Shown here: positions 12,334-26,578 of the stretch, piece by piece
Layout of the letters: each line of letters begins with the position of its first letter
Position numbering within the stretch: position 1 is the first letter of the stretch
Assembly (NCBI GenBank): GCA_038087875.1
Contig: CM075979.1
Coordinates: forward strand, 8,370,001 to 8,434,000
Source: Malacoraja senta
Lineage: Eukaryota
Direction: 5' to 3'
DNA: 64,000 nucleotides
Made by a program: the position numbers and the translations under genes
The notes under the pieces: model-generated
Seen by the model: only the letters and a program-made list of their open reading frames with translations
The model's database searches: none
What the model was told of the DNA's origin: nothing

Positions 12334-13039
12334 CCTGCACCTATTTTCTATGTTTCTATGTCTCTAGTGCAACCAGGCAATTCGTAGTTCTAAGTTTAGT
12401 TAGCGTTCATAGTGTTTAAAAAAAACATAGTTGTTGGGAGGAAGCTTTTCCTGAACCTGAACGTTACAGTTTTCAGACTCCTATACCTTCCTGATGGCAG
12501 GAGTGAAATGAAAGCATTGTCAGTGTGGTGTGGATCCTTGATGCTGGATGCCTTTTTGATACTGCAGGACTTATAAATCCTTTTGATGGTGTGGAGCTCT
12601 GTACGTGTGATGGACCGGGAATTGTTCACCACTTTTTGGAATTTCCTTCATTCCTGGGCGTTTAGTTGCCGAACCAGGCTGCGATACAACCATATGTGCA
12701 CCTTAATGAAATATGACCTTTTAAATTTAAATTTAACAGTGGTCCTTGTCCTGTGATACTGTTGGAGAAGCCACCCAATGGAATTGTGAACATTTTAGAA
12801 AATATCTGTGTACAGCAATTCGCCTGCAGCTGATGTGGTTAGTCAACAAATATTGTGTAGATTTGGGCTTTGACAGTTATAGCCGTAGCATGCTCAACAA
12901 AGTTACACTTCAACTTTTAGACCACTAAATTCTAATAGTTATTACCATTAATACAGTCTACTAACTTCAAATTCCTGTGAATGGTTTGTTTGGATGGGCA
13001 GGGTGGGTGCATATTTATTACTAACAGACTTCTAAGAGA

Positions 13040-14733
13040 AATGTTCACGAAGGAAGACTTAATTAATCTGCCGGAAATAGCAGGGGACCGGGGGTCAAAT
13101 GGGATGGAGGAACTGAGGGAAATCCAGGTTAGCCGGGAAGTGGTGTTGGGTAAATTGAATGGATTAAAGGCCGATAAATCCCCAGGGCCAGATAGGCTGC
13201 ATCCCAGAGTACTTAAGGAAGTAGCCCCAGAAATAGTGGATGCATTAGTGATAATTTTTCAAAACTCTTTAGATTCTGGAGTAGTTCCTGAGGATTGGAG
13301 GGTAGCTAATGTAACCCCACTTTTTAAAAAGGGAGGGAGAGAGAAAACGGGGAATTACAGACCAGTTAGTCTAACATCGGTAGTGGGGAAACTGCTAGAG
13401 TCAGTTATTAAAGATGGGATAGCAGCACATTTGAAAAGTGGTGAAATCATTGCACAGAGTTAGCATGGATTTATGAAAGGTAAATCATGTCTGACGAATC
13501 TTATAGAATTTTTTGAGCATGTAACTAGTAGAGTGGATAGGGGAGAACCAGTGGATGTGTTATATCTGGACTTTCAGAAGGCTTTCGACAAAGTCCCACA
13601 TAAGAGATTAGTATACAAACTTAAAGCACACGGTATTGGGGGTTCAGTATTGATGTGGATAGAGAACTGGCTGGCAAACAGGAAGCAAAGAGTAGGAGTA
13701 AACGGGTCCTTTTCAGAATGGCAGGCAGTGACTAGTAGGGTACCGCAAGGCTGAGTGCTGGGACCCCAGCTATTTACAATATACATTAATGATTTGGACG
13801 AGGGAATTGAATGCAACATCTCCAAGTTTGCGGATGACACTAAACTGGGGGGCAGTGTTAGCTGTGAGGAGGATGCTAGGAGGCTGCAAGATGACTTGGA
13901 TAGGCTGGGTAAGTGGGCAAATGCATGGCAGATGCAGTATAATGTGGATAAATGTGAGGTTATCCACTTTGGTGGCAAAAACAGGAAAGTAGACTATTAC
14001 CTGAATGGTGGCCGATTAGGAAGAGGGGAGATGCAACGAGACCTGGGTGTCATGGTACACCAGTCATTGAAAGTGGGCATGCAGGTGCAGCAGGCAGTGA
14101 AGAAAGCGAATGGTATGTTAGCATTCATAGCAAAAGGATTTGAGTATAGGAGCAGGGAGGTTCTACTGCAGTTGTACAGGGTCTTGGTGAGACCACACCT
14201 GGAGTATTGTGTACAGTTTTGGTCTCCTAATCTGAGGAAGGACATTCTTGCCATAGAGGGAGTACAGAGAAGGTTCACCAGACTGATTCCTGGGATGTCA
14301 GGACTCTCATATGAGGAAAGACTGGATAGACTCGGCTTGTACTCGCTGGAATTTAGAAGACTGAGGGGGGGGATCTTATAGAAACTTACAAAATTCTTAA
14401 GGGGTTGGACAGGCTAGATGCAGGGAGATTGTTCCCGATGTTGGGGGAGTCCAGAACAAGGGGATAAAGGGGAAATCTTTTAGGACTGAGATGAGAAAAA
14501 CATTTTTTACACAGAGTGGTGAATCTCTGGAATTCTCTGCCACAGAATGTAGTTGAGGCCAGTTCGGCTATATTTAAGAGGGAGTTAGATGTGGCCCTTG
14601 TGGCTAAAGGGATCAGGGGATATGGAGAGAAAGCAGGTACAGGATACTGAGTTGGATGATCAGCCATGATCATATTGAATGGCGGTGCAGGCTCGAAGGG
14701 CCGAATGGCCTACTCCTGCACCTATTTTCTATG
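13040..14733 (+). mobile_element. 5'-truncated CR1 LINE with RT domain (stops at 13461 and 13752, frameshift near 14370)
   Basis: KSPGPD, NYRPVSLTS, YLDFQKAFDKVPH, VPQG, KFADDTKL motifs; 3' tail cctattttctatg. Confidence 0.93.
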
Positions 14734-16354
14734 TTATGGCCCAGATTTTGCAATAGCTATCTGCATTTGCCATTGTTATTTGTTATTCCATGAAACTCGT
14801 GTAGTTTCAGATTTTTTCATGTAGGTGTCAGTGATTTCAGCTCTCCTCCATTGGCTGTGCTGGTTTCAACCTTCTCCAATGGAATCAAGAAATATACATT
14901 TTTATGTAAATTTGAGCTTTCTGGAGGTATAGGATTATGCGGATGCTGGAATCTGGAGCAAAAAAACCGGACAAATTCAGTAGGTCAGGCAGCATCTTGT
15001 GGCTGGAAATGGACAGTTAATGTTTCAAGTCAAGACTCTTCCTTTGGACTGGAGAGGATGGGTTCGCAACTGTCCATTTCCCACCACAGATGCTGCCTAA
15101 ATTGCTGAGTTCTGCTATCAGTTTGATTTTTGCTATTAATAATCTAGCCATACTGCGAAATGTTGTGAACATTTTACATTTTGGTGCATAAAGGCCAAAT
15201 CTTTGTTAGATCATAATTAAGCTATCTGGCCATTAAAAAAAAAAAAAACTTTGAAATGCAGGTTATTTTAAAATAAAGTATTTACAAGGGCTGTGATTTA
15301 GCACTGAATGTTGAATAAATGCTTGTCTCCATGTTTAACATAGAGTTCTGCATAATTCTAGTGAGAGAATTTTATTCACTGCATTCAAATACCTACTTAA
15401 AACATTGATTTGCATCGATATTAAAGTCATGCAGATTTTTTTATTTTGAGCACCTCCATTCAGACTCATCTGTTCAACCCCTCCAACATATCTTTGTTCC
15501 AAAACTGCTGAGCATGTCTAACTAACTAGGTCTTTTTCACCCATCAATCCTGTACTTTCAGGCTTGTATCAATTCCTGGTAAGCATTGCTTTGTTTTTAA
15601 TTATCATCTTGGTTTTTAAATCCTTTTATGGTCTTGTCTCTACCTAATTGATGTTACCCTATAACTCTAGGATATCATCATTCCTCTATTTCTGGCCTCT
15701 TGCTGTTTTGCAATTGTTCCTTTCTTTGCCCTAGTACCTTCAGCTACCAAACCTATAAACTCTAAATTTTCCCTGTTTAACCTCTAAGTTCTCTTTCCTC
15801 TTTTCTCCTTTTGAAGATACTCATTATCTTATTTCCAACCGTTTGGATCTCTGATATATCTCTAAGATCTGGCACTGTTTTTTTCAGTTTGATAACACTA
15901 CTGTGAAGTAACTCAGATGATTTACTTAGTGAAAATAAGCTGTGTAAATTAAAGTTGTTTTTCTATTCCTACATTTCGTGATGCAATAAGGAATTACATT
16001 TATGCCACAGGTCTACTGGTCTATAAGGCTGCTAATATGAAAGATATTGCCAAATCACTTATCAGATACAATACAATAAGGTATCTATTAGAAATTCCAA
16101 GCTTCTAGAGGGCTGGAAGACAATATGGGACTGTTTTTAAAGGTTAAAAGGGATAACAAAGATTATTATGGACATGTCAATGTAACATCAGTGCTACAAA
16201 GTGTTAGAAAATATTCTGAGTTACTAAATCATTGTTTAGAAAATCACAGGGTTTCAAGCGTAACATGGATTTGTTAAGGGAAGCTTGAACAACAATTGAT
16301 TATTTTGGGGAGCAAGTAAAAGGGAGCTGGAGGGCAGTTTTGATGATCTCAATA

Positions 16355-16637
16355 GGGCAGCAAGGTGGCTAAGCGGTAGAGCTACTGCCCTACAGCGCCA
16401 GAGACCCGGATTCGATACTGACTGTGGGTGCTTGACTGTCTGGAGTTTGTACGTTCTCCCGTGACCTGCGTGGGTTTTCTCCGAGATCTTCGGTCCCCCG
16501 CACCCAACATTCCAAAGACGTATAGGTTTATAGGTTCATTTGCTTGGTATAAAAATGTAAATTGTCCCTAGTGTGTGTAGGATAGTGTTCGTGGGTGGGG
16601 ACCACTGGTCGGTGCGGATTCGGTGGGCCAGAGGGCC
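16355..16637 (+). mobile_element. HE1-type (V-SINE) tRNA-derived SINE
   Basis: A box tggctaagcgg, B-box-like gattcgatac, V-domain gtacgttctcccgtgacctgcgtgggttttctcc. Confidence 0.85.
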
Positions 16638-19593
16638 TCCCCCATGGAAAGAAAATAACTGGCAATCTATCTTAATCTAGCAAATGATTTTAGAAATCTC
16701 TATAACGTTAACCCTCAGGTATCTTAGTTCCTGGGAAACAGTCCCAGCATATCTAGTTAACCGTATAACACAAGCCCTCTAGTCCCTATAATAATCCCCA
16801 GTGCTCAATAAAATTCATGGGGATCCAAGGGAAATTATTATATTGGGTCGTAAATTAGCTGAGTGACAAAAATAAAGGCTGTTTGAAACCCAAGAAATCT
16901 ATGCTAGAAATCCTAGTTCGGTCACAGCAAGAGAACTTTGCATAGCTCTGGTCAGTATGTTACAGGACAGATGTAGTAGCACTAAGCAGATGCTGAGGTA
17001 GAGTGACCCACAATATGTGGTCAGGACTGTGCAACCTACAAAGATTCTGTCCCAGTCCCACGACAAATGATAGCAGGTCTGGAGTTCTCGAACTATTCCT
17101 AAGCTTCAATGGACATTTACCTACAGCTTCTTTGCAGCTCAGCCAGCAGCTCTTGAATTCAGCCCTTGCCCCAGCATTTTCATGGTTTGTTTGAGCTGAC
17201 TTCTCCATTCACATAGCCATCAACTCCCCACCACCTCTCTGAACCATTCAGTTAGCTAGCAAAGCAGGTTCAGATTGGCAGGGGTGCAAAACCTGCCCAG
17301 GGGGTCTGGGCAAATAATCAAACATTGGGACTCACAGGGAGACACCAGCAGGAGCTCTGGTCCAGAGATAGATGGAGGAAGGAAATGGAGCCGTTGGCTG
17401 AACATGAGACCCAGCGGAATTGAGTTTTGTCTGTAAAATTGGTTAGACCATGACACTTTTTGAAATTCCTCACATTTCATTTCACTTCATTTCAAAAACG
17501 TTGTCACCATTACTGGGGAGATATTGTGGATAGGAGGGGAGGGGGCTGGAAAATGTTAGTGTGGGTGGGTTGATCCCCTTTGGAACAGGTGAACCTAATG
17601 TGAGATTTGTTCAGAGAATCCAAAACAGTAAATATGAACAATGAAATATTTCCTCAGTGGATAGGTTACTAACTTGGGGAATTGAAATAAAGGTGTTTGG
17701 GAGAAGGATTAGAAGAGAGTTGAGGAAAATGTTTTTACTCAGTGGTGGGGAATTATTACCCATTGCTTGAAGGGATGGCAGAGGCAAAAACCCTCATCAT
17801 ATTAAAATACTTAAATGACACTTGATACACAGATGTATATTAGGCCTTGGTAGATTATTTTAATAGCATAGACGTAATAGAATGAACGGCCACCTGCTGG
17901 GCAATTAATTCTATGAGAAGAGACAGTTGTTGTTAATCACTGATCTGTGTCTCAATCTTATATTCCAATTAGCCTCTATCCATAGGCAAACGGAAATGAT
18001 TGAAACTTACGACGCATCCTCCAGATTGCTGTCCTCTTAAAAAACAGAGTATGACTAATTTTCAGACAGAAAGTGGTCTCCATCATGTTCAGATGGTGTG
18101 ACCACTCTCACCGTGATGACATTGCATTGAAGAACTTTGCCAGCATTTTCTTCTGTGTTGGAAAGGTGTTCAAGTGGCTCCATTTGCTCAAGGCTGAGAG
18201 AATGCCTGTTCTCCAATGAAATGTTAGAACATCTGTTTCTGTAGATGAATGTAAAATGTAAAAACAAAAATGCACTGGCATGATTTTGAAGAGCAGATCA
18301 GTGTTCTTCAGCATCCTAGCCAATGTTTGTCCATAATTCACATCACTAAAATATCATCTATTCATTAATACATTAGTATGTGAGGGAACTTGCTGTGTGT
18401 AAATGAGCTGCCCTATTTTCTTATGTTAGTACACTTTCAGAGTATTTATCGCCCATGAAGCGCTGTTAGTGCTCCTAAGATCATGAAAGATGCTATATGA
18501 AATAAGTTTGTTTTATATTTTTTCTTAAGTGAAATTTTCGCAAAGAATTATTTAATAAATTGAGTAGGTGGAGTGGGTCATGTTTGCATCTTGCAGTGCT
18601 GTATATTTCTTTATTTGTAAACTGATGATGGCAGCAGATTTCACAAAATTGAGAGAGAAACCATCCTAAGCTGAACTACTCTGACATACTCTTGACATCT
18701 ATTCATCCTGACATACTTTGAACTTGACTGCTTTGGACTGTCAAACCTGATTACTTACTAAATATGGAATTAAATGAAACAGTGTGGGTACATTGAAGAT
18801 CTCGCATCCAAATGCAAAATGCCACAGTAGTGGTTTAACTTTTTCTCACATCTGAAGATTAAAATGTGAAACAAAATAAAATAGAAAACAACAAACTCTC
18901 AACATGAAGGGGGACGGTTAAAGGGCTGAGAAAAAACTTGAAGGACAACAAGAAATGTTAAGTAATAAGCTTTTCACACTGAGGTAATATAAAGAACAAG
19001 AACACACATTTTTTTGAAAACCTGTGGGAAAGAAAAGGCTGTAAAATTAAAGAAACGGGAAAAAAAGGTCTGCAAATGTAGGATATCCAGAAAGAAAAGA
19101 ACCATTCAAGAAAGACGTGACAATGAAAAATGTCCATGGATCTTCGTGAACCCTCTTCTAGCTTTATTTCCAAACCTGGAACATCCAAGTTCCTCTCCAC
19201 TCCCATCCCATGTCTTCATGTGTGGCAATACTAGTCAGTTCCTTCTGCTGAAGACCAGTCATTCTATGTACATCCATGTGGATGAACTGCGATAGATACC
19301 AATGCATCTCTCTCTCTCTACACCTGTGCAAAGGCCTTTTTGAGCAGGAGATTGTGATCTTGTTCCCAAATAGCACCAAGATTCCATGCATGTTAACAAA
19401 ACTGGCCTTTCTCACCACCATCCAGGCCATAGTTGGCGAATGGTGAACAATTCCAACATAAAATGGTTTGCCAAATAGTTGGACACACTTGTTCCAAGTA
19501 TTGTTGCTCAACTAAAAGAAAAATACACCAGTTGCTGGAAACCTGGATAAATACCAAAAACATTTTGGAGATACATAGGCAGCACTTGTGTGT

Positions 19594-19624
<31 letters not shown>

Positions 19625-22600
19625 GGGGGGGCTGTTAACTTAGCTGGCGATGAAATTTCTTTGACATGAAATTATTTTATTCCTTTTTTGTTTCATGTGA
19701 TTTAAGTGTTGAATGTGTTCTATCTCCAATAAAATCCTCTGCATTTCCTCCTGCTTCTGTCAAAGGGACACACACGGTCTGATATAGGGGATCTATTGTA
19801 CTGATTATTGGAAACAAGTCTATTGATCCCTTGGGTCATAAAATTGTTGCATCACAGGAGGAAACCCTTTTTGCCTAATTCCATATATCCTGTTTTTTGC
19901 AACCCAACAAATTATTCTTTTTTTCCCCAGTTTCAGTTAAGTTTATTGTCACGTGTGCCGAGGTACAGTGAAAAGCTTTTTGTAGCGTGCTAACCAGTCA
20001 GCAGAAAGATAATACATGATTACCATCATGTATAGAGACATGATAATAGAATAACGTTTAGTGCAAGGTAAAGCCAGCAAGTCCAATCAAGGTTAGTGCG
20101 AGGGGCATCAAAGAGGTAGATTGTTCAGCACTACTCTGGATGCTTCAGTTGCCTGATAACAGCTGGCTGTCCCATAATGGCTGTAATTTATCCTTTGACA
20201 GTTATGTTTGAATCAATTTCACTGACCTCTTGGCAGCAAGTTTCAGGTTGCAACCAATTTCAGCATAATTTTATTTTTCCTCCCTGTGCCATCTATCTGT
20301 TTCCCCATCCCATTAAATCTATATGCACCAGAGCTGTGATCGTCTGCTAATGGAAACCACTTCACTCTAGTTAACATTTCTAAACGAGTCTCAATCTTGA
20401 ACATGGTTCTCCATTCTTTGCCCCAAGTAGAACAATTGGATCCTCTCCAGTCTGAACCTGTAGCTGAAATTCCTAATTTATGGAACCATCATGTATATCT
20501 TCTTGGAAACGTGTCTAGAATCTGTACACATAAAGTTTCATTAAGAATAGAAACAAGCCATTTGGCCCACCAGATCAATTCTGACCACTGGGCAGCTACC
20601 CCTCAAAGGTGGTGACTAGAATTGATGCTCGGCACCAGGCAGCCTATTACTTTTAAATATAAATCCGCACATACCCTATGCATAGTCTTATTGCATCTGA
20701 CAAACAGGAAGGCCATTTAGCCTATTGAGCCTATGCCAAGCCTCAGAGCAATCCCTTCCAATTATTTCCTGTTCAACTGCTGACCCTGGTCTCCTTGATT
20801 CACCTGCTTTTGAGAAAATTGGCCATTGTAAATTACCTATCAATCAGTACATCTTGGAATATGGAAGGAAATGGGAGCATGTGGGGGAAACACATGCATT
20901 CACAGGAAGACCATGCAAATTCCACACAGAGAGCACCCAAGGTCAGAATGAAACCCAGGTCTTTGGATCTGCGAGTCAGCAGCAGTCACTGCACCACTTT
21001 ACTGCTTTCTTTTCCTGCAAGCTCTACTTTTACATACATTTGTAAACTACAAGAACTCACTCCAAAAGTAACCCCCTGTACCATGGGGATTTTTTGAAGA
21101 ATTTCCTTCCTGAAAGAACAATGAACAAATTACTTTTGAATCTTAAGGATGTCGTTGGGTAGGAGAAAGAAATTCATTGAGAGAATTATCAACATCGTTC
21201 ACTTTCTCCAACTCTCATGAGGGAGGACTTAATATTCTAATCTCAAATGACAATAATGGAAAAGATAACCTATCTGTGTCAGTGCTCCCTCTAGCTGCAG
21301 GAGATATCAAAATATAGAAGCTGGTTGCCTTAGTTTTCACAAGTAAATGGCTGTTAAGTTCAGTGGATAGTAAAACAGTCATTCTCGTACTTGGCAAGTA
21401 ATTTCCAGGCTGGACACGTTACAGGGACATGAATTTAACTCTCAACATAATAGCTAACGAACGTGAATTCAGAGAAGTAAATAATATGCTTTAATTAATA
21501 GGCTTGCATCAATAATGATATTACAACCATGAAGCAGTCAGATTGTCACAAAGACCCACCTGAAAAACCTCATTCTTACCCTGTCTGGCTTACGAATGAT
21601 TCCAGACCTAAAGCAATGCAGTTAATCCTTAACTGCCCTCTGACATAGTCTTCTAACCCATTTATTTGAAGGACAAAACACAAAGTGCTAGAGGAGCTCA
21701 GCGGGTCAGGCAGTGTCTTGGCAGGGAATGGACCGGTGACATTTCAGATCGGAACCCTACTTCAGAATGGAGAGGAGTCCTGACCCAGCACGTGGCCTGT
21801 CCATTCCCTCTCCAGCTGCTGCCTGACCTGCTGTGTTCCTCTAGCTTTTTGTGTTTTGCTCAAGATTCCAGCAACTGCAATTTCTTGTGTCTCCATTTTA
21901 AAGACAAACTGGGCACTAAATGTTTAAATCCACCACTAAATATTGGCCAGTAACACACACTTACAAACACACACTTACAACCAATGAATTAATATAAAGC
22001 CTAAAAAGCTTAGTTACCTTGTATGTACCTGTAAGTTAATCATTGACGACGCATGGAGACTTGAGGGTAAAAGTCATCTGAGACATTGGACGTAACCTTC
22101 CTTGAAATTAACTCACTGAAGGGTTGATCTTTGGAATCCGTTAAGTTACTATATATCCGAGGAATAAAAATGGAAACAGCCAAATTCACTGATTGCCTTC
22201 CGGGTGGCAGTGTTCTCACGGGATTCATGTTGATTTGTACGATGGATAGCTGACATGAATAAAGACACTATCTCAGTATCCTACATGGGTGCCTGGTTGT
22301 CCAGGGTAAATGTTTGGAATAAATTCAATCCAGGTTGCTAATGTAATGACCTCGCCAGGATGGTGAAGAACTTTTCTGGTAATTCTTTGGTAGTCACTGA
22401 TGCTCAAATCGGTACTACTAAGATGATTCTTCAATCTCATGTATCTGTGAAGGTAAATTCAATGGAGGTTTCCCATCATGACCCAAATGATGACTATTGT
22501 ACTACATCTGTAATGAATGGGCTTGTGGTAAACATGAGCTGTTTATATAGCAGCGATCTCTTCTAGGCTTGAGTGTGGAGAGTTTCTTACTCACTTCTCT

Positions 22601-22750
22601 AATTGTGGTTTACAGTACATGACTCTGATTGTTTTAAAATCCATGTTCTCCATTATGCCTATATCACATGGTCTCATATAGGTCATATGGTCTCATATGG
22701 CCTATATCAAGTGGCCTTCCAGACCACTATGTATAGTTAGACAGAAAGAC

Positions 22751-23100
22751 AGTATGAATATTGACTTCTCTAACTTCAAGTAACCCTTGCCTTCCCTCTC
22801 TCTCCATCCCTTCCCAGTTCTCTGACTGTCCTCGTTTACATTTTATCTCTGTTTGTTTGTTACCTTCTCCATGCTAACATGATCTATTCTACTGTTTCCT
22901 TGTTCCTCATCCCCTTTGTCTCGTTTTCACACCTTACTCTTCCTTATCTCTGCATCTCCCTCTCCCCAGACTCACTCTGAAGATGGGTCTCGACCCGAAA
23001 CGTCACCCGTTCCTTCTATCCAGAGAAGCTGCCTGTCCCGCTGAGTTACTCCAGCATTTTGTGTCTATCTTCGGTTTAGACCAGCATCTGCAGTTCCTAC
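22751..23100 (+). mobile_element. Penelope-like element 3' fragment (ORF end plus pLTR) with hammerhead motif
   Basis: MNIDFSNFK* (GIY-YIG C-terminus), pyrimidine-rich UTR, CTGAAGA...GAAACGTC at 22977-23004. Confidence 0.8.
22977..23004 (+). ncRNA. Minimal PLE-type hammerhead ribozyme motif
   Basis: CUGAAGA-U-GGGU(CUCG)ACCC-GAAA-CGUC; helix I weak. Confidence 0.55.
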
Positions 23101-24834
23101 CTACAATAATATGTATAGCTAACTGGAGTCACAAGAAACTGCAGATTCTGGAATCTTGAGCAAAACACAAAGAGCTTGAGGAACTTAACGGACCAGGCAG
23201 CATTTGGAGAGGGAATGGATAGGCGACGTTTCTTGTCAGGATCCTTCAGACTGATTCCCGGCCCAAAATGTTGCCGGCTCATTCCCGCCCCATTTGCTGC
23301 CTGACCTGCTGAGTTCCTCCAGCATTTTGCACTCTGCTCAAGTTTAGTTATCATCAGATAAAATCTTCTAATTCTGTTATGGCCCTCAAAAAGAGGCAAA
23401 ACAGATGACACCTGCCAGTAAACACATTAAATGACCTACAGTGAAACAAAGTAGATAGTTAATTATCTTTAAAAAAATTATCACTTTTCACCATGAATGT
23501 CATAGAAAAGTTCAGAAGGAAACCAAAAGGTTTTGAGAAGTTTTCAAGAAGAGAAAATTGCAAAGTGGAGATGTTTGTGTACAGTGCCGTATAGAGCAGG
23601 GGAAATGTTTTACAGGCAATGTAAAAACTTTGCAGAATTTCAACTCTAAGCAGTTCTATGTAACCTAATTGGAACTTTAAGGTCACAAATAGTATTTAAG
23701 GATTTGTACATTCTGATCACATGAGAAGCTAATTGTTCTGGGGAGAACCCAGTGTAAATTGCCTGTAGTCATTGAAAAGTATTTGCTGTTAGTAGAAAAA
23801 TGATTGGCATTCTTTCAATTTTAGTGAAGTTTTTTTTAAGTCAGACTTTTTTTAATGTGATAGGAGTTTGTAATTATGTGCCTTAATTTCCATATGCTTA
23901 TTTTATAATTGGAACTGCATAATTTAATTTGTTGCAGTGCATTTACACCATTTGAGTGGCACTGTAACATCTAGGATGGGTTCATTTATCCCAATTCCTC
24001 GGTCTGCAATACCGAGAAACTTCTTGGCTTCCCTAAAGGTCAGTATGAATGCGATGAGCCAGAAGGCACCATTCAGGTCTGTATAACCATATGATTCCCA
24101 ATTAGCTCACATCCTTGGGGCTTCATGGCATCTATGAAACAAAGTTAACATTACCGTCAATGCCTCTTCATCCAAATTAATGATTATCATATTAAACTAT
24201 TTGATCTGTTTGACACCTTCACTCCCATATCGTCCTTAAAGGGAAATTAAAGCCATCGGTCTGATTTATCTTTTAATTTAAAAGCAGAATTCTTCAATGG
24301 ATGTCAGTAATAGTAAATGTTCTGCATTTTCATACTGGGTGATATCGGAAGAAGCAACAGGAATCATTACCTGAATTTTATTTTAGGAAGTGCTCAGCTG
24401 AGCATTTGAGATCCAGGCATTCATAAATGGAGACATTGGGAAGTTGAACCTGTTTAAAAATTGTGTAGAACACAGCTGAAGGACTGCATTCAAATTTCGG
24501 TCATTAGATACCAAAAAGGTTGTGAAAGTCCCAGAAAGAGCACAGCAATCATTTACTGGGATGGTTCCAGTTGAGGGATTTCAACGGATCCTATTGCAAT
24601 CAGATCAAAATTTTTGGAGACGCTTTCCTTCAGCCCAACCTTACCAAACCTCCACAATCGGGACAGAGGTTTCAATGAGAAATGTACTTTACTGGTGTGA
24701 ACTTCATGGCATGTAGCAGAACATGTGAATACAATACTGATGTGCTAATGTTCTTTTAATGAATTCTTACATATTAATAATTAGATATTAATAATTGTTA
24801 TTTTTCAAACTGCTTTGATGCAAGATAATGCATA

Positions 24835-26120
24835 AGCCAGGGATCTACAGGCTGGTAAGCCTTACATCAGTGGTGGGAAAGCTATTGGAAGGGATTCTGA
24901 GGGACAGGATTTATTTGCAGTTGGAAAAGCAAAGAGTGATTAGGGATAGTAAACACATTGGGCATCATGCCTGAAAATTTGATCTAGTCTTTTGAAGAGG
25001 TGACCAGGAGGATTGACAGCAGGGTGGCAGATATTGTCTAACCTGAACTTTAGCAAGGCTTTTCACGAGGTTCGCACGCTAGGCTGGTCCAGAAGCTTAG
25101 AATGCATGGTATTCAGGATGAGATAGCACATTGGATACAAAATTGGCTTGGTGAAGGGAGACAGGGTGGTAGTGGAAGGTTATTTTTCACATTGGAGGCC
25201 TGTGACCAGCAGTGTGCTGTAGTGATCGGTGTCCTTTGTTGGTCATATATAATTAATGATTTGGATGAAATCGTTGGTGGCATGATTAGTACATTTACAG
25301 ATGACACCAACATTTTAAGTATGGTGGACTGTAAAGAGGGTTGCCTAAGGTTATAACAGGAGATGGATCAACTGGCAAAGTGGGCAAGGGAATGGTAGAT
25401 TTAATTTAACTCAAACAAATGTGGAAAGTAAAACCAGGGCACAACATACATTCTAAATGGCAGGGCACTGGAGAGTGTTGTTGAACAGATAGACCTTTGG
25501 GTCCAAGTAGATATTTCCCTGAAAATGGTACACAGGTGGACAGGGTAGTGAAGAAAACCTATGGCGTACTTGCCTTCATCAGTTGAAGCATTGACTATAA
25601 GAGTTGGGATGTCCCACCATAATTGTACAGAATTTTGTTTAGGCCACACTTGGAGTTTTGTGTACAATTCTAGGGGAAGGATGTGATTAAGCCAGAAAAG
25701 GCTCACATGGATGTTGCCTGGATTGGCAGGCATGGGTAATAGGAGAGTTTGAATAGACTGTGTTTGCCTTCCCTGGAGCAGAAGAGGTTGAGATATGATA
25801 GAGGTGTATAAAATTATGCAAGGCATAGATAGGATGGATAGCCAGTGTCTGTTTCCCGTGGTAGGAGGGTCTACAACTGGAGGGTATCGGTTTAAGGTAA
25901 GGGAAGATCTAAGGAGTAAATTTTTCACATGAAGAGTAGTTGGTATCTGGACTGAGCCGCCAGAGGTGATGGTGGAAGCAGCACAACTTTTCAGTGGCAT
26001 CTGAACAGGTACTCGAATGAGCAGGGATCTATGAGTTATGCAATTAATGCAGGCAAGTGGGATTAGTATAGATAAGTATAGATCTGATGGGTTGAAGGGC
26101 CATTTTCCATTTTGTACAAC
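24835..26120 (+). mobile_element. Older, decayed CR1 LINE RT-to-3' fragment
   Basis: HGIQDEIAHWIQNWL, INDLDE...STFTDDT motifs with many disruptions. Confidence 0.8.
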
Positions 26121-26578
26121 TATAACTTAAACAAGTTAAACAATGTAAGTTTTGAACCAATGTTAGAAAGTTTTTCCTCTTTCAATCTCTTTATTTCATC
26201 CTTGTATCTTTTTTTAAATTTTATTGCTTTGTTCCCTTAAGATTTCATCATTTCCTTTGTATTTCCTCTATCTGTCTGTTAAACCTTTTTATTAAGGTGC
26301 CTTGGAGAATAAACAAACTTTTCATCATTTCTATTGTATGAATGACGCCAAATAACTCGTAATCACTGTTGATTCACATTCATTTGAGTCACTGACATGG
26401 ATGATCTTGGTTGAAAGTCTATTTTTTTGCATAATGTTATCTTCTAAGCCAGTATTTTACTGCGTGGAGTTCTCTGTGTGAGATGCCTGTAACTATTATG
26501 GAACTTGAACTACTGGTCTGTTTAAGAGAGTGTGCTAATGGAACATTTAATAAGTGAATCTCTTTATTGTTGCTACAG

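Larger units (their letters stand above)
11150..12700 (-). mobile_element. Rex1/Babar-like LINE 3' end, interrupted by CR1 copies at ~11300-12361
   Basis: ORF 12396..12632 IKDPHH...LLPSGRYRSLKT...FRKSFLP; tail resumes left of 11300. Confidence 0.65.

Noticed and set aside
12981-14381. RT-like ORFs as an active retrotransposon or gene
   Set aside because: 5'-truncated, with in-frame stops and a frameshift; a dead CR1 copy.
16355-16430. tRNA-like A/B boxes (also at 30400, 57216, 62200)
   Set aside because: They are SINE heads, not tRNA genes.
18880-19520. Purine-rich, coding-looking stretch (possible decayed pseudogene)
   Set aside because: No translation resembled any family I recognise.
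19587-19632. (TG)n plus long G run; similar G runs at 44091 and 63006
   Set aside because: Simple repeats; lengths may be sequencing-unreliable.
22027-22555. Minus-strand TATATAAA followed by unique sequence and a CAG|GTACAT donor (possible antisense first exon)
   Set aside because: No ORF homology or supporting features; cannot be distinguished from chance.
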